Shown here in pieces: positions 37,513 through 51,744 of a stretch of 64,000 nt of DNA. Source of the stretch: Phoronis australis (lineage: Eukaryota > Animalia > Phoronida). The translations under genes were made by a program, and so were the position numbers. Numbering within the stretch: the first letter of the stretch is position 1; the number at the start of each line of letters is the position of its first letter. The notes below the pieces were generated by a model that saw only the letters and a list, made by a program, of their open reading frames with translations, did no database searches and had not been told where the DNA came from. The DNA lies in NCBI GenBank assembly GCA_002633005.1, contig NMRA01000013.1:570347-634346 (forward strand). The letters are read 5' to 3'.

Positions 37513-38055
37513 TACTGTACATACACAGACTTCCATTAGCCAATACTCAGTGAACAGAGCTGAATGTCCACCGGAGGGCTTTTTACCACTTTTTGAAATG
37601 GATATAAACCAAAAAAACAAATGGAAAATTTGTGTTCAGTGTTAGTACGAAGACTTACCCCAGAACACGTTACTAATTGAATGAGTTACAGCAACTTGCT
37701 TTGGAGAAGATTCAATAGCCCACGCCCCTCCCCCCACCCCNTATTTGATCAATTATTTGCACTTTGCCTTGAGGATTTAAAGACCTGGGATGCATTCACT
37801 AGCCATTTTGTGATATAGTGTGACAAGCTGAAATGTAATGCAACCCTAGATGGCAATAGAGCAGTTCATATGCAAGGGTGCAACACCACCTACAATTTAC
37901 AAGCAACAAGGACAGGGGTATTAGAGCAGTGGAATTTTAGTGTTTGTAAAGTCTTAGCTATAACCTTCACAGCTCTCATTCACCTGTGGGTTAAGTGGCT
38001 GTGTCTTCTGAGAGGGGAATTTTTGGGGTGTAGGGAAAATTTTACCACCCCTCAG

Positions 38056-38556
38056 CAGGCCTTCATCCAGGATTTCGAAAGTAGGGTGTCCAAAATGAGG
38101 TTCCCAAGATTCCAGGGCGTCCATAATTCCGACGCGTAACCCCCCATCCCCAGCAAGCCCCCCAAACACACAGATTTTTTTTACAAAAAATGCATAGACC
38201 AAGGTTTTTACATCTAAGTTTACAAAACAGCCTTCTGTAGTGAGAATTTTTAATAAAAAAACTGGTGTAGACCAAGACTTTTACAATGCTATCAACCAAG
38301 TGTGAGCATACCAACATTATATATTTCTTCCTGCTTTGAAAAAAAGAGCCCCCACTGAGCCTTCAGAGGCTTCCTAGTAATTATTACAATGTGTGTCCAA
38401 ACTTGAAAGGTTCCTATTGACAGTGGGCGTCCAAATGATACATTGGGCGTCCTTGCCAGAGCATCCATATTAGTGCTAGGGCCATATTAGTGCTAGGGCC
38501 ATATTAGTGCTAGGGCGTCCATTTGGACGCCCAGGAAGTACACTGCATAAAGACCT
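38056..38556 (-). mobile_element. hAT MITE, copy 3 (inverted, no TSD), with an internal 17-bp triplication
   Basis: Reverse complement of 23708-24195. Flanks CCCCTCAG / GTCTGATA do not match. (CCATATTAGTGCTAGGG)x3 at 38465-38515. Confidence 0.9.
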
Positions 38557-38662
38557 GGTCTGATATAAAGTGCCCGAATTTTGAGAACCAGTTTTCTCCA
38601 CTGAGTAACGGGCATCAAACTGGTTTATAAAATATGGGCATGTTATATCAGACTATTGCCTA
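38554..38662 (-). repeat. Second copy of the ~105-bp palindromic mini-element
   Basis: Reverse complement of 37405-37512; abuts the hAT MITE terminus and shares CTG with it. Confidence 0.8.
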
Positions 38663-39339
38663 GTTGCAAGGTATAAAGTTAATAACATCTTGTGTTTTAA
38701 TGGCAATGTCAGCATGCTATCTACATGATGTTTCTGCAAAGTGATAATTGTACTGCAAAGTTAAGCAAGTATGCTTATAGAACATTACCACCGCAGGTAT
38801 TGCCAGAGTGCCCTTTTGTTAATGCATGTATGAATGACGCATGACCATGTCATTACCAAGGACCTCATCACGCAGTCATATTAGACAGCACTTCAGGTAA
38901 TAGCTCTGGGGAAAATACTTAATGTGGTACTTGGAAATTGTACGATTCTCATGATATTAATCCTAGTGAATCTGTAGCAATACTCTTTCCAATACGGACA
39001 ACAAATACAAGACCATTGCAAAAGGTTCTACTGTACCCACAACTGCACCACCAATGGTAGGCTAAGGTGTTAATCACTGTCATAACCTATGGTAACTGTT
39101 CTATAATTTTGCACATACTAATTTTTAGAACACCTTAAATTAATTAACAAAAACAACATTTCACCTTTCTATACATTCAAACGTGGTTGCAATGACCGTC
39201 TTTTTTGATATCTATACATTAGTACTTTGTGCAGCACTCTTGTGTCTTTATTATCCACCTGGCTTCGTAGCAAGACCTCCAGAATTTTTGTATTTCTCAG
39301 TTCAAAAGCCCAGAGCATTAACTTGGACAAATATTTCTG

Positions 39340-39650
39340 ATATCAGGGTTATCTTATTTAGTGGCCTGCATTCTAACTCGTATATCAAAAAACTAAGCTT
39401 TGTCAACTAGTAAAAGTATATATTATTGTCTGCAAGAAAAGAGATCAAGGAATATAAAAATGTTTTGTATCTATGTACCATTATTATTATTACGTCAACA
39501 CCTTTTTTAAATCAAAATTTCATTTTTAAGTAAGGTACATTCCTTTGCAAAATAATCCTCGGTCGATTTCAATAAAACCTTTTTTAAATGAAAACATGAA
39601 AACTTCACCAGTTATCTTAAAAACGCTGTTAGGAATTTTCGATTAGCCCT
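39340..39650 (+). repeat. Old AT-rich dispersed repeat; second copy at ~60990-61270
   Basis: Colinear strings caaaaaacta.gctttg.caac.a.taaaagtat; catttttaagt; aaaataa.c.c.g.c.attt.a.taaaac.tttttaaatgaaaac; aaaa.gctgttagga.ttt. Confidence 0.65.
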
Positions 39651-42600
39651 TTTGTTTGGTTAATTATTTAGTGAAAACTTGTTTTCAGTAAATATAACCT
39701 ACGCATGCTAGCTATTTCAACATTCACTCACAATGTCAACTGAATTTGCAGTGTGTAATTAACTTAATTATCATTAAAACGTACTGTCCCCAGCCATGAG
39801 GTGGGATCAACTGTTACTGTTGTTTGACTTACTTAAAAATAGGTCACAGCTCATTGTAATACACAGTCTGTACATGTCACATGCCAGCAGACTCAGATAC
39901 GAAAGCGAGTAAGAAATGGATAACAAAAGAAACGTCGGTGCTTAAAGCATGTCATTAGCATGAGATCGAAACAGTGAAATGTCAATTTACTTATTGAATT
40001 GAGGAATTTGGGTGAGGATTCATCTCCTTTCACAACTTGCTGTGTTCATGACCACAAAGGCGTGAGGCGACTCGTAGCATTCGTTCTCAACAGTCAAATG
40101 CATGTAGATGCACAACTCCCTCAGGATTGAAACTACGTTTTGTCTTTGTTTTCCCCGGCACCGATCAGGTAAGTACACCTCGATGACTCTATTATAGCAA
40201 CTCGGTGAATGAAAGGACGTTGGGTACATATGAAGCTGCTCTGTACCTGGCAGGAGATTCCATTTGAGTGACCGCCCTATAACCTTTGACCTCGGATAAG
40301 TAGTAAACAAATAACCACGCGGTTGTGCGGTTCCAAGATGATTCTGCTAAATCTTGTTTTCTCGCAAAACAGTATATATTTTGTATTTGAAATTCCTCGA
40401 GAATGAAGATAAGGTATTTTGCTAGACAATGTGAAATGTTGTAAAAATAGCCAATTTTGTGTATAAGGTTTGAGATATCCTTAAGTGTGTTAAATTCTAC
40501 AAAGAAAATCCATACTAAAAGAGGTTTTCAAACTCAAGACTTGAAATTTGAATATTTCCCAACTAACTGATCAACCACAGTTCTCATTATTAAACGTCTG
40601 ATTTTACTTGTGATTAGCAGTCCAAAAAAAAGTTAATCAAAACTAGCCCAGTTAACCTAACCGAATGGTTACTGAAATTGCGTGCAGGTTATTTCTGTAG
40701 TTCAGCAGAACACCCAGGGGCATTTCAAGTAAAACAAGAACAGTTAAGGATATCATACAGCTGACCTGAGCCTCAGCCCTTCCGCCATAAAGTCTGACAG
40801 GTTCAATTCAGTATCGGTTATCCCTCAACTGCAAGGGAAGACTGGATCCAGTTAGACATGTTCCGAAGCTCTACCAAGGGAAAATGCATAGTATCAAGTG
40901 TTGCTCTAGAACTCGGCTTGCTTACTGGTTGAGAATTTTACGTGTATTACAACAGGTCAGAGTATGTAAAACACGGCAAAAATATATAGTCCATGAAAAC
41001 ATCGTTACTTAGTTTTCCAGTATTAATTTCACATAATTTTCTTAAAGTCATACTTCGTTCTTCGCATACTTTAATGAGTCATCAAACATTTGATAAAATT
41101 TTCAACACTTGCAACAAGATGGTAATTTGAAATCATGAAGCAAAAATGTCAATTTTTCACCAGCATTTTGTCCAAAATTGACATATCTTCACCTCAAGGA
41201 GGTTTTTGAAATGAATGTTACATATTGTTTTTATGATTAACTTTTTCAAATCCTAAACACTACCGTAGAAACTATTTTTAAAATTATCAGGGACATTAGT
41301 AAATACATTTCTCAAAAGACGGTGCTCATTTTATTAAAACAGCAAAGTAGAAGCAAGCCATGACTCGGGAAGAAACAACGGGACTTCAGGCTTACACAAT
41401 CCTTGAATCATGCTGCAAAACATTCAAACTAGTTCTTCAATCATCAAATCACTCAATGAAACTGGAAGAAATAACTTACAGCCACTGGCAGAAGAAGTTC
41501 TACTAATGAACTTTGAACACCAGTGCCAATGGCACATGGGCTAACAGTGATAATTGGCATGTGACATCATCAACTGCCATCACCTATGAATAGCAATGAT
41601 GGTATGGGAAGGATTTTTACCTCTCAATGGGTTTTAGGTGCTCTACAGTGAGAAACGACAAAATTGAAAAGTACTAGCACAAACCCTAACACGCAAGTAG
41701 ATCACTATGATGTTGTAAACAGTAAACAGCTAACGAAAACTGAGCTGCCATCCTAAGGCTAAGTTACAAATGATCTATTGGGGAACCACCCAACCTTGGG
41801 GAACTCGCCAGGCAAACACAGAGCTTTCAGTCTATCAAATTAGGCTGTAAATTAGCTGTAAATTACTACTGCAAAGAGGCATGTTAAAGTATTGGGACCG
41901 ACAAGTGTTAAGGGAAACAGAAACAGAAGTTCTGTTCTTAGATGAAAAGTATGGTAATTTTTCACTTTAGCACATAATATGACCTACAAGAAATTCTACC
42001 ATGGTTTGTACTGTGTAGGTGTCAAAAAAGAACTTCAGGTAAATTTTCCATTATTTGTAGAAAAGTTACGAACCTGTCATAAATGACAGTTTGGGCAATT
42101 ATTTTTGTGCGGAATGAGTGAAGAATTATTGTACCCCATGACAGATAAAGGTATCTACATATCTGCAGTTGGGCAATATTCATGCATTGTAGTGCTGGAA
42201 TAGAATTCTGTTTTCTTTCATTTCCTTATCTCTCTTTGTACAAATAAACAAGTGGAGCATGAGAGGCCTGCTCTTAAGGACTGTGGTAAACTGTTTTGAA
42301 ATAAAAACCAAATGCCACTTTTCAATGAAATGTATTGAAACCTGAGGTTCAATGGAACACTTCTCACTTTTAAATGTGTGCGGGCGACCCATATACCCAT
42401 GTGACATGTGGTGTCACCACCAACGAAACATTCCTTAAGTACATTTCCTTAGTATTCAAACTTGACCCTGCATCTATGAGGAGGCTCAATTCACAGTGTG
42501 AGGTATTGACTTCATTCTTCTAAATCTTTTTCATAATAATGCCACTTGTTTATGTACACTTTCACCAGGTATGTTTTTGACAGGCTTCAGCCATGCACCC

Positions 42601-43749
42601 GATAAAGAAAACTTGTGACTGCAGAAATTACCGATTTTTAATCAGCGTTTCAAGTTGTTTACTTGTTTCACTGGTTGATGAATCTTAAAGGAGATAAGAA
42701 ATAAATGTTATTCCAAACCTGTATCCACTTGCCGTGCTGATTTCTTCTCACAAATGAAACTCTTCGAGTCATCAATAGATTTTCTCATAGATTTTCTCGG
42801 TAATGTCTCCACTCTTGGCTAATGTTGTTTTCACCTCAGAAATCCTCAACCACTGGTGGAGAATTTTTCTTAAAAACTGTTATGAGACTATTTGGAACAT
42901 GGTATCCAAGTGATGAGGCGTGGGCAAAGAAAGACAGGCACTTGTAAAACAAAACTCAGTGAGGAGGAACCAGCTTTCAAGTGATTATTGTGCATGCCTA
43001 TTTGCTGCTTGTTTGATGTAGATGTTTTGGTAGCCTAAGGGACACATGCTCAACTGTAACTGGGGGCATGTCTGTCCTTAAAATACTGTAATTCTTCACT
43101 TATTTAGCACACATTATGGCCGACAAGAGAAATTCAATTCAGTTAAACATTTCTATTGAAGTAAATAATGAGATTTTAGTCTATTAAAACCATGGTTTGG
43201 ACTCATGTAGATGTCCTAAAACATTAATTTTTGCTCAAGTTTCCTTTTAGACCTGCAAAAAGGCGATCAGCCATTGAAAAATGTAAAAACGACCATTTTG
43301 GCAATTACTTATTGTACGAAATAAGTCGACAATTACCGTACTATTGAACTCAAAACATTATTGTCTCTGATTTGAATTAACTGGTCTATCAGAACAGATT
43401 TGTTAGGCAACTCTTGTTTTAATGCCATCTGAGCTGCATGTGTTTGAAAGATTGAACTTAAAATCTAATCACCCATCGAACAAGACTTGCAGTTTGCTCA
43501 AGAATTTCATCCGTTCCTAGTAAGGTGAGCTAGTTACACAAGATTTACTATCACAAAGAATTATGTTATCGCACTTAAAGCTGCATTTTGCACTATTTAT
43601 CTTATTGTAAAACATTTCAGACTTTATTGGAGTTGGTTTGGGCTAGCGCCCACCTGTAATTAGCTTACCGGAATTGATTTTCAAGGAGACCTGTCAAATG
43701 TGGAAACTGAATCAGATTGGAGTCGTACCATAGTTACGGCCATAAGTTA

Positions 43750-44050
43750 TAGTTGTTACCAGGGGCGTCGTCTTCTGTTAGCATCTTTATTCAGTGCATT
43801 AAAAACAGCCGAGTTCTTGAAATTGACACTTACCAAGACTATAGTCATCTTCAATAGACCATTCTACACTACAACAAACTTATTTTTTCAAAAGAGCCAC
43901 TTTCTTTCGTCTCGGGTTTACGAGCCAAATCCTGGTGTTCTTTACCTCTAAAGGACATCGGGTCACGTGACAGTTTGTAGCTGACCATTCCTTTCATAAC
44001 TGAGACGTATTCGGTGCCAGGGGAGCAAACTCAAATCACATAATAATGAA
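43750..44050 (+). repeat. Diverged paralog of the internal cassette 14470-14810 of the composite hAT element
   Basis: Colinear ccaggg.c.tcgt..t.tgtta; cagtgcatta; aattga.acttacca; ctacaa..aa.ttatt; gag.caaatcc; cacgtgac; gctgacc; aaactc.aatc. Confidence 0.6.
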
Positions 44051-44817
44051 AATTTTTACTGCATCATTCCCGCGTATCAATACCTCATTCAGCTATGGCA
44101 TACAACATCCCGTGGAAGTATTTTTACAGAAAGTTTTCCAATCTTTTGTTTAGTTGCAAAATTTGAACTGCAAACATCATGATGGAATTAGTGCTTAGAC
44201 TCACCCAACTTTGCAATTTCAATGACTTAATTTGGTGATATTTGTAGGACAGTTCAGTCCTAGGATTTTGACAGGTATTCATTAAACTCGCATTGTCTCC
44301 TTCTTCAATTTGCATACTTAGCTACTCGAATGCACTTGTCATTTAGAGAGCGCAGATTTAACTTTTGTGTCGAAATGAAGCCACGCAGCTAATTTTTTAA
44401 CTTGATATATCTGTGGACTTCAAATTTGAAGGTCATAGGAGGCCAGGAACATTGTCTGGTTCAGGTTAAGCGCCAGCTCCGCCCCCGCCCCCCCACCTCC
44501 ACCATTTTGGGCTTGATGGAGGTAACCAATCCAGTGTATTGGCTTAGAATTTTGCAGACTGCTGTAAATTATGGGTATACAGGCCTTTTGAAATTGACAT
44601 GCGACGTCAGTGAAAGCAGTTCTAATTAGAATCTTGCTCTAAGTAATGCAACTGACCCAATAAGCCTGTGTAACTTATAAACAGCTTAATAAAGGGTTTA
44701 TGGTCTTGGCTCAGATGATAATTGTTTGATTACCCCTATGGATAGCTGAACAGCTGAGCCCCGAATGCCACCCTCAACTTCTAAACTTCCCAATTTTCAG
44801 GTTCCCCAATTTCTAGG

Positions 44818-44867
44818 CTCGCCAATTTTAGCACCCACCCAGGGCGTTAACCTAAATGTTTATACTA
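44818..44867 (-). repeat. Decayed solo terminus of pogo-like family A
   Basis: cgccaattttagcacccacccagggcgttaacctaaatgttta resembles 33404-33444 (cgccaatttaaccgcccagggcgttaacccgaacgatta). Confidence 0.5.
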
Positions 44868-45448
44868 ACACAATTGTTAATAGTACTTATGACAACTGAG
44901 AAACTATGATATTAGATGATTGTTAATAGTACTGATGACAACTGAAAAACTATGCTTTTAGAACTCATGCAACTGGAATGTTGCAATATCTAAACAAAAT
45001 AAACATGGTCCACTAAGTAAGCTGGGTACTCTCATGTACATCACTTACAATATGTGCCAATTCCATGGGGTATTTGAACTTGCCTAACGCCTAGAAGGCA
45101 AAATCAACAAATTTTATACAAGTTAGCAGTGACACATTGAAGAACAGAAAACGTTGAAACACAATCACATGATGTAAAGGCAACTGAAATCTCGCAACAT
45201 CAAAATAAATACCGCACAATTTAGGTTAGGAAGCTTTCAGTCCCCCTAAACAAAAGACACACAAAAAGTGTGCATCTAAGGTTGAAAGTGCAAACTGCAA
45301 AGAAAACAAGTTAGCAATAGTGAATCTTTCTGTTGAAGCCGTCAATGAACTCCATTCGGTAAATATTTTCCAGTTCAGGGGTTTCTAAGTTTTGGGACAC
45401 TGAAATTCAAGCCATAAGTTGAATTTCCATCAGATCCTGAAGATTGGG

Positions 45449-45949
45449 CAGTGGTCGATTTGGCGACCTGCAGGCCGCCAAAGCGATTTCAGATTGTGTT
45501 TGGCGACCTGGGAAAATCTTAAGTCGCCACGAAGTCGTCATAGTGAGTATCAAAGTCCGACAATAACTCCCTGAAAATTGTTTTAAAGTTTGCGTTGACT
45601 TTCAAACTTTTAAATACAGTTTTCCTAGATTTATTCCTTTGGTTCGCAATTGTTCCGTTCATTTCAAGAAATCAATGCCGTTCCCACTAGTCAGCACACT
45701 CTAAACGCGCGTTTAGATTACAACAGGAAGTAAATAGATGGAAGTCGGAATTGTTCAGCAAAAATCGGGCAAGGTCAGACCATGAAATATACGCCTCCAG
45801 GGGGTGTATCTGATCGACTGCCTTCTTCGTTGGCAGGAGAAATATAAGAGGTATGCAGAGTATGTATGGCAATTTGACGCCAGTTTTGGCAACCTGGGAT
45901 TTTCGAGAAGTATTCAGCGGCTTGGCGTCAACCTAAGTGTCGAGCACTG
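45449..45949. mobile_element. hAT-like MITE (~500 bp), TSD not preserved
   Basis: TIRs CAGTGGTCGA / TCGAGCACTG and repeated subterminal TTTGGC(G/A)ACCTG. Related single ends occur at 14252 and 18781. Confidence 0.65.
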
Positions 45950-48900
45950 GTGGAACATGAGCAGTTTTGGAACTCACCATATTTCTCAAAAATTTTTAAA
46001 TGGGTTTGTATCAACAATCTGATAACAGATTTATCAGTTCTTAAAATCATTCAAAATAACCACTGATACAACACTTTCCTGCGTCCCCATCATTTGTCAT
46101 TGATTTTAATTCTTGAATTTGGGTCGACCAATATTTACAACTTCTAAGAAGTGGTACAAGCTCCGAACATGGGTAAAATAATTAATTTTTCACTGTCCAA
46201 AACCGGGGATTTTTTTACGTAGTCATACTACAAAGAGTTACACTTAAAACAAGAATCAAAACAATAATTTTAATTAAGGTAGAAGCACACAGCTTTAAAC
46301 ATAAGTGCTACGTAAAAACGCTATCATGACGGTAACTGTCTTCATAACGGTAACTGTTATAGTAACGGTCACCACCATCATGCATAATTACCGCATGTTA
46401 ATGGGGAAACAACATGAAACAACAGTTTAACCAACATTTTATTAACAGCTTGGCAAAACAACTGCTTCATAAGATTATTCAGCCACAGCACCTTGAACAT
46501 TATCATGATGTCATATGCTTTGTTGTTATTTAAGACTTTTGAAAATTTCTGGCTAACTTGGGAATGTTGTGTCTCAGACTTGGATGATTGGAAGGTCAAT
46601 GATTTTCAGATTACTATGCAATTTATGTGTTTTTAATTTATCTCCAACATTTATTTCAAATGGAATTTGTTCATTTCATTGAAGCCAAATGTTTTGCATA
46701 CCTTTATTTTTTACTAATTAGACTAAAAACACCGTCACGTGACTCAATCAACGGCAGATCGGTATAAAGACAAAAATATATTCTACGGGCTTTCTACTTC
46801 CAGAAAATCTAATTAAGAATGGCTTGGCCACCTTGCTAACTTTCCTGTTGATTCCCCTTCAACATCAGGGGAGACTACTCTAACGGTCATCAGAGGAGAC
46901 TACTATAATGTTAATTCAGTTTGCGTTCCTTTTGGCTAGAACTATACCATCACAGACAATATTTTGAAAACAGTGGCCATTTTAAATGATGTTTGGTGAC
47001 ATTAGGTCAATTTTTGCTAATTGTTTTTGTCGGAAATTGATGATATTTACCCCACTGCATCAATGAGAATAAGTTACTACTTTGTACCCACACTGTTATA
47101 ATTGTAGTGTTACGCTAGCTGATAATGCTTCAGGTGCAAAATCAAAATGTTTGAGATACAATGAATACGTAATTTGAATTTCATTGTGAACAATATTGTC
47201 GCTTCTTGTACAGATGTTACAGCTAAAAACTGACACTGTGTAATGCTACCAAAAATATGATCACAAATACGGCAAAAGTCCTTAGTTTGGGGCACGATGG
47301 CTGGCAAGTGAAACTTCATTACACCAAACTTCTCAACATCAACAGGAAGGTGATGAATCTTATTTTGAACATATTTAGATAAACATATACAAGCAAACTT
47401 TTTGTTTGTATATATTTATGTTCATGTTTATTAAAGTGTTCATCATTACCCTCCCTATTAACCATTTGGCCTAAAACGTAGCCAAGTTCCTGAAGTACAT
47501 GCAGAGAAATGGAGATGTACTGAATTAGACAGGGAGGCTACGTTGTCATTAGTACAGAGTAAGTCCAGAAATTGTAACGCATTTTGAGACTTCGTCTTGC
47601 ACATTTATATCATTATGAAATTTGATAAATGTTATTGATACCTTTGTTTTGCAATCAATGAATTTCTCCTTTGTACAAAAGTTTATAAAAAGGGACCCAA
47701 TTAATGGCAGGGTGGCAAAAAATAAAAAGTAAAAACGAATTCCATAGTCTTTTCAATTTGAAAATATGAACTTTTGAATAGGTTAAATTTATAATTCTGT
47801 AGAAATTTGGCCTAATACACACTAAGTTCTTGATAACCTCAGCCATATCCATAGAGGCTGACAGCTATATCTGGTTAGACAGAGCCTTTTTCTTTCTTAA
47901 CACAATTAGTCACTGTCAGTGAAAACTTGTACAGCACTACCACCAATCCAAATACAGCTGTCAAGTTTTGCTTACTAATAATAATCCTAGTTGGTTTTAT
48001 CACTCTTCTAGTTGTTTACATTGACCAATAAAATCATTAGCCCTTGACTGCTCCCCTGACATTGACTTCACCCTGTGACACCAATAGCAGTGATATGTGT
48101 AACACTATATCTACATAATGCAACAACTGGCAGAATTCAGTTGTGCCAATGACACTTGTTTCGACAGTATTTGCGTACCAGCATGAATATCACTTGGAAT
48201 ACATCAACATGTTACACACAGACTTCATCTGGAATGGTTTCATTATTGGATGAGATTGCAATCAACAGGTTCTTGGTATTCAAGGTAAGAGTATCAACAT
48301 GAGGCACTACCTCACAACTATGACAACTACAAATGCTTCAAGCAGAGATTGGTGTCTTTAGGCCCTTTCATAATCACTTAATTCCTGTATGAGTGCAGTG
48401 TCGACGTGAACTACTAAGTTAAACCATTCACACCAACTTCGGTCGTCAACGGCATCGAAGTACATGGTAGGTGACACTGTCATCATCAAAGTGATCGCAA
48501 GGTAGCGCTGATGCATCCCGTGCAGGTGAAGATGTATTTCACTGTGACAATTTGAAAACATTTATGTGTGCTTATCGACACAAAACTTATTTCTAGTTCG
48601 ATTGGTGATTATTCAAGCAAAACATAAGCAAGATTAGTGAGGATACTGTCCTTTAATTGTTGATGATAACATTGGCCCCTGGTGATAATTTTGATTAGAC
48701 CATAGTTGACTGTTCATACCGCAATATAGCGTAGAGGCTACAGTGTTAAATCCACCTATTTACTGTGCAGTTAATTGGCACTGTTATCTTCAATCCAGGA
48801 CCGAAGTCAACCGTTCATACTGACTACACCTCCCCAAAACATTGATGTTACTACGAAAGGGCCTATTGATAACAACTACCTGTTTGTGGAAACATTTTTT

Positions 48901-50447
48901 CCTAACTACTTCAGACACTGTCGACTATAAAAACTAAATCCGTAATTGAAACTTAACTTTTTCATTGTTCAAACGACAAAAATCGGATCACTGCAAAAGG
49001 AAAAAATAAATACGGCACATATTGCAACTGCTGTTCCTTTGTTGATGTCCCTACTTCCATTGCTGCCTGACCAACTCAATGGGTCCATTGGACTCCTGTA
49101 CACCATCGCTTATCAGAGGGATCTTAACACTCCCTAAGAATGCAGTGAAATTTGAATAAGGGATCTCCTCATGCATGTGTGCAGTGGTGATGATAGAAAT
49201 TAACTACAAGTACTGAATTACCAGAGTGTGATTGCTGGTAAGAGTCACTTCAGTGAAAAACCATGAAATTACAGGCTTCTATGGCAAAAAGAGCAAACAG
49301 CATGGGGAGAGGCTCAGTGCAATTTTCAAGGTTCAATGCTCAGTCATTCTTGATAACTAAGCAGAACAATATTTGGTGTTCTGGCAGATTCTCTCTGGTT
49401 TGATTACAATGTGACATGAGCCCTGGCTTGTGGTTAAATCAAACAAAACATTGCTGTCAGCAGAATCCCTGGCACTTACTTATGATAAAATCTCATTAAC
49501 TGGTATTGACAATAAGAGTACATTTTGCCTATTCATACTTATTTGCACACAAAGCTGAGTAATAGATCATGGTTAAGACAGAAAAGAAACAATCAAACAC
49601 ATTTCTTCCAAGGACAATTAACATCTTTCACTCCGTTAACATCCATCATTGCCCTTATAACCTGGAAATATGTCCGGAAATATGTCCGTTAAACTATTTT
49701 TAGATGTATATATTGTAATCCTACTTACCCACGCATAAACTGTCATCAATGCAAGCTTGTATTAACCAATACTTATGATTAGACATCTGGATATATGCAA
49801 AACCAACTGAACTGAAGACTTCCAGTCTGATAGTGGAGCAGGTAAGTAAAGTTTTTTGGAAAGAGAGAAATTAACACCATAACTAGTGTAACACTTGAAT
49901 GATCAAACGAATGCTGAACTACCAAGTGGTCAATGACGTCTTGAACAACAGAATAGTGCGGCTCCTACTAAAAACATTTTTCAAAGGCTGATTATTTTAT
50001 GGCAAAATATAGGAATTTAAGCAAATGTCACTTTACGGCATCATAACACTACAATCCCCCCTTGTAATAGACTTAAACGTTCTTAATCGTTACTTTTGCG
50101 CATAACTTGATCCTGCATCAGAATTGGGTAATCATAAAAAATATTTCAGGAATTACTCATTTTTTTAGGAAACAATCTGTGTCTTATACTAGTAGACACA
50201 TCTTGGCAACAACCATAACAACACTCAGTTTCTGCAAGTCTGTGCAATTTCACTTGTTTATTTTTAAAACCACTTGCCTGTAATCACACACCAGCACAAA
50301 CACTTAATGCCTGGGAACATAAGGGCAGTCAGTCATTAGGTCACTGAGTTTGTTCCTTAGTCAAAATTGGGGGTCATTTTCAGGGCTTCAAAGGGACTGT
50401 GTTTGTTATTGTCCGAGACCAGGCCCAACACAAAGTTGAGTTGTCAG

Positions 50448-50486
50448 GAGTGTCACTTGGAGGTGTCACTTGGGAGTCTCACTTGG
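50448..50486 (+). repeat. 13-bp minisatellite, three copies
   Basis: gagtgtcacttgg aggtgtcacttgg gagtctcacttgg. Confidence 0.75.
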
Positions 50487-51744
50487 TATACTTAACATAG
50501 TCTCAACTGTAACTAAACAAGTGAAGCCCATGTTCACAGCGAAAACTTAAGAGACTAGATCTAAAGTTAGCCTCTTGAACACTGACACAGTTGTTGAGCT
50601 GTTTGACACAAGACATTCACAGTGCCTTTACAAATTTCATGACCAAGCAGCACAGATAATGCCTGTATTCACTGGCTAATGAAGGGTGACAGTTTCCGAA
50701 GCACAAATGTTCACAACACCCCAATGATAGGCAGCGACACTCCTCGTCCCCCTTTAGTTTATTGGGATTACCAGTAAAAAACGCAGCATCGGGTTTTGAA
50801 ATTTTGTTCAATTCCTTTTACCTCTGAAAGTTTTGCCTTGAAGGAATTACCAGTACGGTGTAAGTATAATGATAGGCAGCTGTCAGCATAATTTTGACAC
50901 TAATAATATCAATTTCACCTAGCAAAATAAAGTATGTAACATTAACATTCAAATACCTAACTATCATCAAGAGTGCAGTCAGACAAGTAATTTGTGTATT
51001 TGCAAATACACAAAATTCCTCTTGCTTTTGCATAATAGGAATACCTTGATCATTTACTTCCACAATGTGTAATACACATAACTTATTATTTGGTCATACA
51101 ACAGGCTTGGCTTATCCTAGCTGGATGCCCTGCATGACCAGGCAATTTTTGTTTGGGTTGTGGTGCCACCTATCAGTTATAACGATTTGTTCAGCCACTA
51201 AAGTTTAGTATCGTTTTCAGTTATTCCAACATCAAGTGTCTGGTTCAATATAGTATTTTATTCACTTATAATTGTGTGTTTCTGATTCCTACATTGGTGG
51301 CCTCGATAGTAGTACTGGTTGTTGATTTTTACCCTGACACACCACCAGAGCTTCCAAAAGCCAGCCATCTGATAGCGGTCTGACTATCAGCTGATATGGC
51401 CATTCTTACAAATTTATCAGATTCATCGCCATTGGAATCTTCATGTTCTGCAGCATGTGACATTGTTGTGTCACGCAGGTAACTGAAGCACGTGCTGTTC
51501 TGACAACTATATCAAAAGAAAACATTGACATTTGAGCTGTCCTATTCCTAATATGAAGGAGGTATATCTGTGTGTCTGAATATGTCCACATGTTGATAAT
51601 GATTTGAACAAATGTGAAGGACAAGATATGCAGTTGTGTTAGCACTCAATTTTTGGTTTACCCAATGAAACAATCAATTACTCATTGGATAGTGAAGGTA
51701 GACCACCATAAAAATAAAGAAATGTCCAGAAATTAGGTATATTA

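Noticed and set aside
41480-41583. Candidate minus-strand exon with a strong GTAAGT donor
   Set aside because: Stop codons occur in all three frames between the nearest plausible acceptor and the donor.
43248-44561. Possible hAT-like element TAGACCTGCAAAA ... TTTTGCAGACTG
   Set aside because: The inverted match is short and imperfect with no TSD, so the boundaries cannot be supported.
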